A stretch of 64,000 nt of DNA. Origin: Mytilus trossulus. Taxonomy: Eukaryota. The stretch covers positions 22,134,001 to 22,198,000 of the forward strand of contig NC_086376.1 in assembly GCF_036588685.1 (NCBI RefSeq), given 5' to 3'. Below are positions 39,272 through 52,135 of this stretch, one piece after another (the stretch's first letter is position 1; every line of letters starts with the position of its first letter). Under the pieces are notes generated by a model, which ran no database searches, had not been told where the DNA came from, and saw nothing but the letters and a program-made list of their open reading frames with translations. Both the position numbers and the translations under genes were made by a program.

Positions 39272-40993
39272 GTATTATGAATTAACAGCTATATATGAAT
39301 GAAATTTTAAAAAAGCTATATTATGTTGTCTCCTTGGTGATGGCCCCAATTGCAGCATAAGTTCTGGAATACCCTTTCCTCAAAAAAAAAAAGAAGGAAT
39401 ATAGCTATTCTTTAACAGTATATTTTTGTATGATAATATGACTGTTATAGTATTTATTTTCCTATCTTGAGGGGCTTTCCATAACCAGCTTGAGAATTAA
39501 CCTAACCCGTTTTTAATGAAAATAACTTGGCATGAAAATTATCTCCCCTTTTCTGTGACCATAATTTATAAGAATTTTTTTACCCAAATATTATATTGAA
39601 ATTGCCTTTCTCTACATTTAGTATTCAGATATTTTGCATGTATTCTTTAGACCTAGAGTGTATTATTTTACAGCAGCTTTTATGATTTAATAATACTGTA
39701 ATATTGTGTGATTATACAATTATTTTATGCTATAATCGAGTGTGATGATTATTTTGATGGTTGGATATATTGGTCAATTGTTAGTATGTGAAACTAAAAA
39801 CTCTTTTCCAAGATTCATTGGGACAGAAATAACCCATTGATAATATTTTTAGGCTAATTAAGTAATTATTGTTTTGTATGTTGATTATATCTGGTGTAAT
39901 TACAGGAATAAAAAGATGCTATATATGTGAATGGAATTGCATTACCAAGAAGGAAATTAAATAATTATGTATCTGTGTTCCCGTGTTGTGAAAAACATAA
40001 TTGTTAATCAATTTTGAGCGAAATGTCTTAATTAACTGTCGTCTCCAACCATTTAAATATCAAAATTAAACTTCATATAGATTTTAAACATTAATGAGTC
40101 GAGGAAATTAATGTTGCTTTTTTTTTCATATTGATTCTCAGTTTGATGGTATAAATGTTACAGAATCCACGTATAAAAGTTCACATGAGACGGGATTATT
40201 ATAGACCAGATATTGTTACATATGTTGTTTCAAATATTTAATACCAATGAATGAATCTTTTGCATAACATAATTCTTTCTATTGAATAAATGGATTACAA
40301 ACTATGTAATTTATAAAAACAGAATATCTATCCATGGTCACTTTCATGTCCTCGTAATGTGTCAGATTAACAAAGTTTTCTTTTTAGGTGTAATCCCTTG
40401 AAATAATATTTGTTTGAAACGATTATTGAGTAAATGTATTGTTTGATTCATGATCACTAAACGTTATAAATAACATCAATCGTTACAATTTTTCTTCTAT
40501 TTGCTTCTCAACTTAGGGTTTGTCATTTAATCTTTAATTTAAGAGAAAGAAAATTCTTAAAGATCATGATCAACTTTTGTATGAAAACATTTTTTGATTT
40601 TTTTTCATCTATATTTAACTGTTTAATTGTTTAACTTGACTTTTAAGTTACCATTTAGAACCAGTTTGGGTTATAGTTTTAATAAAATCAATAACCCTTT
40701 ATTATACAATCCTGGAAGTTATGAAAACTTTTACAGAAGCTATATTTCATACATGATTGAGATTCAAAAGTTTGATATTGTTCATTTCTGTTGTCCTGAG
40801 TCCTCATTTTACCACACAAACCTTCATTGCATTTGCCAAATTTAGATATAACAAGAGACAACACCCTGAGCAAAACTTAAATTTTTCTAGTAATCATAGT
40901 TTTTTGCAGTCAACATAACACTTATAAACTAATAGAAGCAGTCCTAGATGAGACATGGGGGATTTTTATAATACTGTTTATTATTTATTATAG

Positions 40994-41428
40994 GAAAAAG
41001 CAGATAATGAAAAGAAACAGAAAGAAAGAGAAAAACAAAAGCTAAAGGAATTAACAAGTGCTACAAAAGCTGCTCAAAAATGGAATCCAGGACATCGAAA
41101 AAACAAAACAGGGATACTAGATAAAACCCAAAAAGATTCTGGTTCTAAAAATGACAAAAATGACAAAAAGTCTGATACAACCAATGGTGAACCTCTTATC
41201 AAATATGGGAAAGGTAGAAATCCAATGGTTAAAATGCCCAGTAAAGACAGTGGTTATTCTGTGGGAAGTAAAGGTAGCTCTCAATCTAATGGAAAAGATA
41301 CACCTAGAGATGAAGGGGACAATGATAGCTGGGATAGCGACTCTAATCCTCGGAAAGCAGACTCTGGAACAGGATCTCTTAGCCAAGAACCAGTCTATGA
41401 AAAGAAGACTAAATTAAAAGAATTAAAT
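40994..41428 (+). CDS. Nav coding exon 9: DI-II cytoplasmic linker (EKADNEKKQKEREKQK...SKDSGYSVGS...KLKELN)
   Basis: ttattatag / AAT|gtaagc, 435 nt open, phase 0 to 0, same frame as ORF 41225-41476. Confidence 0.9.
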
Positions 41429-42598
41429 GTAAGCTATACTAAAATTCAGATGTTTTATTTAACACAAAGATTGTAACCTAACAGCATGCCAAAAAATAAA
41501 GTCTTATAATGGGCAAGTGCACATACTGTGGATTCATTATTATTTGTTGGCTGCCAATTTTCGTCAATTTTCATGGTAACCCTGGAAGGACAAATTTTGA
41601 TTTCAACGAATCACAAATTTTCTTTAAGAATGTATGCAGATTTTGGCAGAACCACAACATCAAATATCCAGGAAAATGTATGATTTCCAAAATTCATGAA
41701 AATTGGTTCCCACAAAAACAAATGAATCTACAGTATATATATACTTAAATACATTCAAATAGAAATAATTTGATATACTGGTAAATATGTTAGCTTCTAT
41801 TCAGAATAGAATCTTTGATCAAGATTTTTCATAATCTGTTGTCTCAGAGGTGTCCTGTAATTGGGTCAGAGGTCACCGTACTTGGTACTGTATGTGCCTA
41901 ATTATTCAACCATCATGTGACCATGTAAGTATTTAGGGTATTTAAACATGGCATCCTGAATTTTACAAGAATATTGGTATAAAATCAAATATTTTGCATT
42001 TTAGCCCATTTTTATATAAATTGCAGTCTCTTTATACCCAAATATTTCTTTAAAAATTAAGACACGAAATTGTTCATTTGATTTTATCTCATGATCCCTC
42101 AAATTGGTAATACATAAATGGCGGAAATATGGCAATAATCTGGAAATGTTTAACAAGATATCTTGGGTTATCCATTGATTTTTATGTGTGACTTGTTATT
42201 GTTACCAGCAAATTAAAGTCTAATTAGGGATTTTTATTACTATACAATAAAACACGAAGGATTTATTTAATAATATGATCCTTGTATTAAATAATTCCAA
42301 CATAGTTACTGATCCAAAACAGATTAAGTTTGGATTGAATAAGAGCTAATTTGTTTTCGATAAAATCTGTAGTTGTCACATTTTGATAAATTTGGACGAT
42401 AGACGAACATTTTGTCATGCATTTAATGCAATAAAAACAGCATAATTAAATTTTGTATCAGGCCATTTATGTAACTTAAATCTACATTTTACCAAATGTT
42501 TATTCGTTGTTAGAGAATGATTATCCTGCTGTGGAGTAGACCCACAAAATCATATGACTATATAAGGAACAAGAAGGTCAAGTCTGGATGTCTGTTAA

Positions 42599-42857
42599 CC
42601 CTTTCCTCCATGGATTTTTTTTTTAACATACTTGATTCGCATAGGATTTTTTCAATAAAAAAATCATCAGATTTAAAGTATTAATGTATTGCGAAAACAA
42701 ATATTTCATCAATGTAAATTCTTGTCAGATATTCTCATGAACATCCTTATTATATTCAACACAATTGTTTTTAAGTCGGATATAGATTTTTGTAGGCAAT
42801 ACATTTCAACAGAGGCACTACACAGGCGTCAAAAGGCGTCATTATGGAGGAAAGGGG
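42599..42857. mobile_element. piggyBac-like MITE, second copy
   Basis: Same TIRs and similar body as 25501-25798, with TTAA on the left. Confidence 0.78.
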
Positions 42858-43331
42858 TTTATGAGATATTAGAAAATAGTTGTGTGTTAAATCTTATTTT
42901 AAGATAATATGGCCAAATAAAAGCATCCATTGTTTTATCTTAAAATGAACAGACTTCTCAGTTTTTACCTATTTTTTTTATACGCAAATAATCTAGTGCT
43001 ATATAAAAAGAACCTTACTATAATAAAAAATACAGCTAATCACTTTTCATGTTGGGTAAACATCTAAGAGACAGCAACCTACTGACAAAATTACCAAAAG
43101 ATGTTTGGAGTATGAAAATTTACATTTAAAATATAACAATAGATTGTCCCAAGTTTATAAGAAATGTGAATTAATTAACCAACAACCAAAGACCTACCAT
43201 TAAAACCAAGTTCTGAAAATACTAAAATACATTATGACATACATGTACTGGCTATGTCAACTGTATAAGAAATGTGCTGTTGTAAGTGATATCATGAAAT
43301 GCATTAAACATTTTTACTTTATACTACACAG

Positions 43332-43346
43332 GGTGGAATGACACAT
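43332..43346 (+). CDS. Candidate microexon, 15 nt (GGMTH)
   Basis: tttttactttatactacacag|GGTGGAATGACACAT|gtaagt. Phase 0. Confidence 0.62.
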
Positions 43347-44706
43347 GTAAGTTACTGAAATAGTGTGTAAATGTTACATTTCTTGCTGAAATGTCATGTA
43401 TGTTACAACTGTTCATGTAGCTAAGCACTCTGTAAATGTACATATAACTGTGGATTCATTTATTTTCATGGGGACAACTTTTGGTGGATTAGTGAAATCT
43501 TACATGTTCTTGAATATATTTAATTTCTTGGTTTTACCTGATTTTGCATTCAAGTCGATAGAAAGTTCAATTTTTGTTGCACATGTATATTAATTGAATC
43601 CACAGCATAGCACAACCCTGTATGTTACATCTGAAGCTGAGCACCCTGTAACTGTACATTTTATAGCACATCCCTTATCTATGTTTGACATCTGTCTTAT
43701 TTACTCTAACCAGGTTGTATAATTGTCCTATTCTCAAAGACTATTATTGCTGTAAGGCTGTAACTATTGTAATGATTAAGTTATTGAGAAATTCATTTGG
43801 GCTGCTGTTCCTTGAGTAGTTCCAATGATATATGTTATCTGCATTGGTTAGGAAAATGGAATGGAGACTACCGTATTTGAAACCACCCACTCATGCAGTC
43901 AGGCAATGAGGATCAGTTGACTTTAAACTTTCTATTTCAACATTTGCATTATTCTATTGAAGTAGTTCACAGGAGAGGCATAATTATCTTTGTTTGAACA
44001 TTTTATTTATAAACAAGGTTTATTGGTACATTAGGTATTAACGAGTAATCCCTGAATGTTGACCTTGAGAGGTCTTTCTGTTTCGTTTCATCGTTGAATT
44101 GCATGTCTCCCTTGCACTACTTTTCCTCTTTTTTTTAGACTCGGATTGGATTTGAGTCTTTATTGTCCAAAGCTTTAGTTTCAGGTGTTTTCTGTTCATA
44201 TAAATTTTGTAACCTGTCTTATATTTTTTATGATCTCTACGGTTTCTTCAATATCAAATTGTGGATTTACTTATTATCTCCCTTTAAAAAATATTTTGTT
44301 TGTTAAATTCTAACCTTAAATGAGGGTAACATTTGAATGTTTTGCAGATGTAGTAACTACTTTGAATGTGTTTACTACATGTTTTAAAATCCTAAGATTT
44401 CAACTACTATTCAGTTCTGTCAACATTGTATGAATATGTTTTCACCTCCCTCTTGCCCTTATAATAGTTCGTTATCACCACTTGTGTATTAAATGTGAAT
44501 TACAAGTACCAAGTGATCTTACAAGCTGTCATAGATAAATATTGACCATCAAAGTAAATTTAAACTGTTACTTGTTAGAAGGTACTTATATACTTCATGT
44601 TTGACTATTTACTTATAAACAGACGGGCAAAATTTTTTAATTATCTACATGTCTATAGTGAAAAGGTAGAAATTTAAAGATAATATATGAATATTACTTT
44701 TTTCAG

Positions 44707-44718
44707 ATAAAATATACT
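44707..44718 (+). CDS. Weaker candidate microexon, 12 nt (IKYT)
   Basis: Poly-T tract and cag, then ATAAAATATACT|gtaaga. In frame, but the exon composition is AT-rich and intron-like. Confidence 0.35.
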
Positions 44719-45327
44719 GTAAGAAGGATTTCATTTTTAAAATAATATGTGGTATCTTTCATGGTTGAAATGTTTTACAATAATCTATTTTCCTCCTTTT
44801 AGGGTGTTTTGTATCTTTTTAAAGTATGGGCATTGGACAATTTAATAATGTACTAATAATTTGTCTAAAAGACATACGAATAGCTTCAGACAATAAAAGC
44901 ACTGACAGAATTTAAAACTGTATTCATACTTTCTTTGTTTCCAGGAATATGACTAGTATATATAGATTTGGCTTAGTCTTGGTCAATAACTTAAATTCTT
45001 ATATTTACAAATGTTTCTTTGATCTGACACATTCCCATGAAAATAATTGATTAATTCCAGAATCCAATTACCATACTACTTTCAAAATTAAACTACCAGA
45101 ATAAAATTGAAAAAAAGTTAACCAAACCATAGAAAATTATTTTTGTGTAGTAGTTCATTGAATTTCTTTCCTAAACTTTACTAGAACTTAATCAGTAAAT
45201 ATTTCTGAATTATTTGGTTTAGAAAAAGGACAAATGGCGTAGGTCAGCCAAGCTTTTTTGGAAAGCATATACTAGTTTACAGCATTCAAAAACTGTCATC
45301 AACTCGTTGAATATCAATCTTTTTCAG

Positions 45328-45354
45328 GCACGATCATTTCTGGATCAAAGTATA
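45328..45354 (+). CDS. Candidate microexon, 27 nt (ARSFLDQSI)
   Basis: atcttttt cag|GCACGATCATTTCTGGATCAAAGTATA|gtaagc. Phase 0, no stop, contains CpG. Confidence 0.55.
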
Positions 45355-45789
45355 GTAAGCTTGATGTGTAATTTGTTTGAACAAGGTCTTTCAAAATAGT
45401 TGTTAATGTATTGTTTCACTAAATTTATCATGTGGGGATAACATGTGCACTTCAGGTACCTATAGGTGTTCTAATTAGCATAGTTGAATCAACATAGAAA
45501 CTTCCTTAAATTGCCTTTAATTTTTTCCTAGATTTTGCATTACCACTATAAGTGGAGGCAAACATATATTTTACTATAGTGATTTAATGACGTGCTATTT
45601 TTTATTTATAGAAAAAGTTGGAACTCTGACATTTTGTCCTTGCATAATTTATTTGTACCACAATATGTAGAAATTTAATAACACTGTGAATAATAATACA
45701 TGCTCCTACTGAAACATAATCAGACACTTAATCGAGATTAAATATTGCGTAAGTTGTTTGTTCTTCATAAATTTTATACCTATTTATAG

Positions 45790-45804
45790 CGCCGAATCAC
45801 TGTT
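45790..45804 (+). CDS. Candidate microexon, 15 nt (RRITV; PKA consensus)
   Basis: ttttatacctatttatag|CGCCGAATCACTGTT|gtgagt. Phase 0, two CpG-containing Arg codons in CpG-poor intron sequence. Confidence 0.65.
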
Positions 45805-46929
45805 GTGAGTATTTTTATGGTAGATCTGCAGTATCACCAGAATTAACATTTTTATCTGTCGAGGGTTAAATCAAATGATATGTACTAATCCCCATTGCAC
45901 TGTTGTTTACCAGAAAAGAATGTTCACACTGTTCTTATAACAAAGGAAACCTGTAAGTTTGAATCCTAAGAATTTGAATCTAGAATTAACCTCAAAATGT
46001 ACAACAGTTGACAGCATAAAACTATATAAGTTAAAGTTATTTTTGTCTTCTGATTTAGAGTAATATTATAACTTATAGTCTTTTTTATATTGATATTTTT
46101 AAAGGAGTCTTTTTTATATTGATATTTTTAAAGGAGCAATGGAACAGGGTATGATGAACAGTCATTACTCAGTTCTTAAATCTTCAAAGTTTATAAAAAT
46201 TCTTCAAATCTTTCAAAATATGTTAGTTAAATTCATAAATAAAAAAGGATGCTATACTCTGGACAGTACAGTTGTGATGTGATGTCACTTACTGATATCA
46301 TAAACTTGTTAAAGTTGATTTTCTCCTCCTAACATTGCCATTGTGCACAGTTATAAAATTAATTTTGAGACAAGGCTTTACCCAAAAAGATATTGTACCT
46401 ACATAGACAGTTAAGGATAAAAAATACTTATCTTTTGGGGTAAAGCCTAAGGAACTGCAAGATCTTAGAAATAGGACTCTTATTGGGGGCTTTTTTCAGT
46501 TGTGATTGGATGGGAGTTAGTTTGAGTCAAAAACGACAGTTTGTCAGACAAAATTTAAAAAAAACTATAAATACTGATATCAGAAAAACCAGTGTATTGT
46601 GACTTCTGAATGATGCTAATTCATAGATTTATTTATTACTTTTTTGTTTTTCTTCATCAAGGTATCAAAAAATCTTATCCTATCTATAAGTACTTTCGGT
46701 TACAAAACACTCACTAATGAAGGACCTGATACACTTATTTGCATTGATTCTTTAGGCTAAAATTATATGATTTGCTTGTTTCCTGTTTTTTTCTATCCTC
46801 TGTATCTGTATAAATGTACAAACTTCTCAGCTAAACCAGAGCTCCAATGTCCATATTATCAACATTAATATGTATTATAATTGTTTGGAAATTGAAAAAA
46901 AAGTTTTATTTCTTAAATCTTTTGCAGTA

Positions 46930-47137
46930 CTGTGGTTTCATTTATATTCGTGGGTACCAATTTTCGTGGATTAAAGAAATCTTACATGTTCGTGGATACT
47001 TGATTTCGTGGTTTTACCGTAGTCTCCATACAAGCCTATAGAAAATTTGTCATTCGTTGAACATTTAATTTCGTGGTTTACCCTGACCCACGAAATCCAC
47101 GAAAATTGGTATCCAACGAATATTAATGAATCCACAG
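46930..47137. mobile_element. TA-flanked MITE (CTGTGGwTTCA...TGAATCCACAG), Tc1/mariner-like
   Basis: TIRs with TA duplication. Diverged relatives at about 41526-41733, 43449-43605 and 55712-55879. Confidence 0.75.
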
Positions 47138-47159
47138 TATATGATGTTCTTTTTTACAG

Positions 47160-47244
47160 GTGTCTTCCTCAGATGTCCAAATTGCAAAAAGTACGGGAAG
47201 ATTCAGTAGTTTGTCAAGGGAAGAAACTGTTGTCATTATCAAAC
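47160..47244 (+). CDS. Nav coding exon 10: DI-II linker (VSSSDVQIAKSTGRFSSLSREETVVIIK)
   Basis: ttttttacag / C|gtaagt, 85 nt. Supplies the phase 0 to 1 change needed to join exon 9 to exon 11. Confidence 0.87.
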
Positions 47245-50200
47245 GTAAGTTATAAACATATCAACGTTTTCACCTTTGTTGTATGACATTAGAATGTGTT
47301 ACAATCATAGACAAAACTTATTTTCAACTTAATATAATTTAGGCTGATTAGACACTTTTTAATAGAATAACTATTTACACACCAAATTGAATTACAATAG
47401 TATTTATGGAATTATGAACTTCGAGCTTTAAAATGTACCTTAGGGTATTATCAATTTTTATACAAACTCTTGTGTAGTGTCATATGGATTAAGAATTGTT
47501 TTGCATAAAATGAATACTAGTAAATGTATATCATGATCTGGTTAACCGGTAGTTTGGTTTTATGAGACATAAACCTTTTGCCTATGACATGCAATAAAAC
47601 TATTTAAATGAAACAGCAATATAATGTCTTTAACAAATGGCTTCCCAGCTTTGCTTCAGATTTTCTATATATAGGCGCTTTTGAAACTCAATCCTACGAT
47701 CTTAAGGCCCTACCAGTCAAAACAGTTATTCTTCCAAGGATATTTTTAAATAAATATTGATTGTAATAATGCATTTTAAATTTTAAATTCTAATTGTCAC
47801 AAATAACTTAATTATCTAGGATTTCAACAGGTTTAATAAATAATGTTTGTCTAATATATCTAATGAAACTCAATTCAATAGACATTTCTTGTTTAAAATA
47901 CTGTACTGACGTAAATGTGACGTCAGTCGTTGATTAAAAGATATTCTCGTTTCTATTTCAGAACCTGTAATTAATTCATTATTGCTGATAAATATCAACA
48001 GTTATAAACTGATTGTATTTTGGATTTATAACAATGAAAATTGATTTCATTTGAATAACGTTTTTAGGATTATTATTTTATAAGTATTAATGTAGTGTTT
48101 GTTACCCCTTAGAGGTTGTTTAGGTCAGAAAAACATGTCCTTTTTTTAATTATATAATCCAAAGAGATATATTTATAGGTTCCATCAACTCTCTAGATTA
48201 AAAAATATATATAAATGTATTTCAAAAAGGAATATGTGTAAGCAATAAAAAAAAAAAACAGATGAAAGTGAGGCCCACTTGAATAGACCAATCTTAAGGT
48301 TTTTTTGTTTTCTTTTAGAATGAGTACACAGGTGACCCCTGCTCAATTAGTTACTATTAAGTCATTGATTGAACTTTTTTTTTCTTTTGTGACTTCATAA
48401 CATTTTTGCATAGGAAATGTAAAAGAAAATACATCAATTTTAAAGTTGTCTATAATATGCTTACTTTTAGCAATGTAGTGCAATATTTTTAAACTCAGTT
48501 GATAATTGGAATATGGAACATATGTCCATAGTGTAGTTGATACCAAAACAGACCTTTCAAATTAGTTAAGATCAGGAGCAATTGAGTATAAGATTTAGTA
48601 TAAGATTTACCCTAATATTGATTTAAAAAAAAATACTCAAACAGGCCTACAATTGCTTTTAAAAATACATCCACTTCATTTGAACTCAGATGGATAGTTA
48701 TCTCATTGGCAATCATACCACATCTCCTTATCTTTATATCAGTACTTATTTGGTAATAGATTATTCCATTAATACCTTCCAATGAACTAATTATTCCCTG
48801 TGTGCTACATAAGACATATAGTTATTATAAAAATCAAGTTAACCCAGGCCCCAGATCATCAATGCCTCTAATCAGTACTTCACACATGAATAATTAATTC
48901 TTCCATTTCTAATCTTGTAATTAGCAGAAAAACCTGAAGTTTGCAGAAAGAATAAATTGGTTTTATTTACAAATTGTTATTGGTAATTCACAATGTGTAG
49001 AACATAAATATTCTTAGAAATTTTAATTGGGGGAGAAAGGGGAGGGGTGAACAATTGTATTGATTGTTAAATGAGATATCTAAGGATGACAGCCTTAATC
49101 TTGAGTAAATTTAATGGTTCCAAAAGTTTCAATTGTTCCAAGTTTAAAAGAAGGTAAAAAAAAGTCAAGTATAACAAATACCTAGTATCTTAAATACGCT
49201 CAAATGAAAATTAAATTTCAAAAGTTTTTGAAAACATTTAATATCCATGAAAAGTTGATCCACGATCCCAAAAATTGAAATTTACCCTATACTTAAGATA
49301 ATTAAAAGAAATAGAAGGGAAATTGGTGTGTGTTTCATGGTACAACAGATATTGTTTGTCATTATTTAATTTGAAGATTTGAAATGCAAGCAATTCCATT
49401 TAAAAATTATTATTCGGTGGACAAAAACAAACAAGTTGAGTCTTATATGTTCTGTATCATTGATATTAACCTCTGAATAAGCAAAACAAATCGTATCAGA
49501 AAACAATGATTGATTTTGAGACTTAGTAAAGAACTGCACGAAATCTACCAGAAGTTAATGCATTTTTCTGATTCAATTTATAATGATAATTACTTAAATA
49601 CTTAATATCGCCTTCTAAAATTGTAAAAATGAATACAACTATATGCGTCACTAAGAATAAACTTTTCTGAAATATGAAAAGAATTGCAAGTCAATGAAAT
49701 TAGTCCATACCACATTTATGTTGTTATATGTACTGGATTAGCCTTACATAAATTGATTTATAATATTATCATTGTTATAAATTCCTTAGAATAAATCAGA
49801 CCAATATTTCTATTGAATATGTACTGTTATAAACTAAGTATGCATAATGACATATAACAAAATAAAAAGAGTTAAGTTTGAAATTGACGTTTCTATAAAA
49901 GGTTATTTCTCAACATGAAAAATGTACATTTCATATAAGTAAATATTTTCACCTGGCTGAGGAGTTTATGAATAGAGCGTCTAAGCTGATGCACACCTCT
50001 TAGCTGGGACACAATAAACCTGGCTTGTAAAACCTTTGTAGCGCTGACAATGACCGTCTATAGAAATCTCTAATTTATTGATTCATCTTAACGCTTAAAT
50101 TCATTTTACTTAAAGTGTAATATGAGAGTTAAATCTATATGTATTGAAACCTTGTCATTTCTTCAAGGTTAGCTGAAAATTTTATTGAGTGGACGCCAAA

Positions 50201-51887
50201 CTGTTGCATTATTAAAGTTTCATAATAGTACATCTAAAATGGAAACAAAACCACTGCATTTACTTTTATTATTTAATACAGGTGAAATTTTAGAACTAGA
50301 ACTTTAAGCTGGGCTTAAAATTTAAGTGTATTATTTCATCAAAATACTTTGATAGAGTTTAACCAGGCAGAAAATTAGATTTTAATTAATAATACATGTA
50401 GTTCAAAGAATTGACATTTAAATAAAAGTGCAAACATTGTATGCAGAATCAATTTTATTTTTAAATTTACCATAAAGAAAGTGGCTTTTCTAATTTATTT
50501 AACTGTTACTTATTTGCATTCTTACTTGAAAGTCCTGTCTTGTCTCATAAATTAATTTGCTTCAAAGGGTGTTTTGCGTTTTACAAATATACATCATTTC
50601 ACTTCTTTTAAGGTCACCTTCTGAAACATAATAACATATTACAAGTATTTAAAGGCATCCTTTTAGCCTTCTTTTGTCATATTTGTGAAATCATTGGCCA
50701 GAATCTTTAAATCTTTTGGCATTGGTTTGTGACAACTGACCAGTCTTTGTCTACATAAACTTGTAAATTAAAGACCAAGTTGACTGTCCCTTTGACTGCA
50801 TGTCATGCATACCTAGAACAAAAAATTGTGGGAAGTACATGTATTATTAATTATCCATCGACCTATGATGTTTATACCAATCATATATCTTGCTTCCATG
50901 TAGATATATATGTATGTATAAAACAGATAATGACATTGAATGCCTGAAAGCTAAGCATTTATACCTCCTATGGGAAAAGTGACATGCATTGTAAAATTTG
51001 AATATACCAATGTAATTAAGGACATTTGGCTGTAAAAGTTTGTTTTATTATTTTGTTTTCCATTAACTAACAATAAGTAACAATTGAACACACTGTTAGT
51101 GTTCAAGTCTAATAATAAGTACAGCATAATTACCGGAATTACTTCACAGAAAATCAACTTTATATTAGGTAGATGTCATTTTGGATTTTAGAGCTATTGA
51201 TTTGAAAGTAGATTTTAATATAAAATGTTTTGATATGCAGATGAAATCAATGCTAATTGTTTGAATTGAACATCATGTTATGTTACACTAATTAAAACAT
51301 ATAAGATTTTCTTCATTTAAACCTTGTAGAAGGTCATTGTTCTCTCTGTTCACGGTCAGGGATTCCTCCCCCAATAAAAACTATAGCCACCCTGAAAAGT
51401 GGCATTCAACGTCAATTAATAGAAATAACATTCCCTGTGCATTTTGTATACAATGCCTGTCTTGTGAGTCAGCAATTCTAAAATTTTGGCTCAGTGCGCA
51501 GAATAGGGTTCTGAATTAATGTACTGAAATGGAGTCATAATATACCATATTGAAGAAGAGGGGCGAAAGATACCAGGGGGGGCATTCAAACTCATAGATC
51601 AAAAATTAATCGACAATGCGATAGCTATAAGGAAAAAGACAAACAGACAATAAAATGTCAAATAATAGTAGACAAGACACAACATAGAAAACTAAGGACT
51701 AAGCAACATGAGCCCCACTAAAAACTGGGGGTGAACGAAGTAATCTCTGAAATGGGACAAGGTTTCCAAAATGAATTAAATTTAGATATATTAGTTTCTT
51801 CATTTCAGACTAGCCTGAATTAAAGCAGTAAATGTACAATGGTTCTTTTTTTGTAACTTTTATTATATACTAATTATTATTTTTCAG

Positions 51888-52135
51888 CTGATGAAGAAGG
51901 CAATGTTGCTGTTAGAGAAAAAGGTGAACTGGTGGACAGAAATTGTGCATGTTGTTCCAAAACAAAAATGTTTGTGTGTTGGCTCAAGTTCCAGAACATT
52001 CTCAACATCTTTGTCAGTGACCCACTTTTTGACCTGTTTGTCACAATATGTATTGTTTTGAATACACTGTTTATGATGCTTGAACATCATGGACAACCAC
52101 AATCACTTACAACAACTTTAGAGGTGTCTAACTAT
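51888..52135 (+). CDS. Nav coding exon 11: end of linker, DII S1 (PDEEGN...DRNCACC...DPLFDLFVTICIVLNTLFMMLEHH...SNY)
   Basis: ttttcag / TAT|gtgagt, 248 nt, phase 1 to 0. Confidence 0.96.

Noticed and set aside
44803-44823. 21-nt in-frame segment GVLYLFK
   Set aside because: T-rich intron-like composition, a hydrophobic peptide out of keeping with the linker, and a moderate donor.
45914-45952. 39-nt AG...gtaagt segment
   Set aside because: Contains an in-frame TAA and has no other support.
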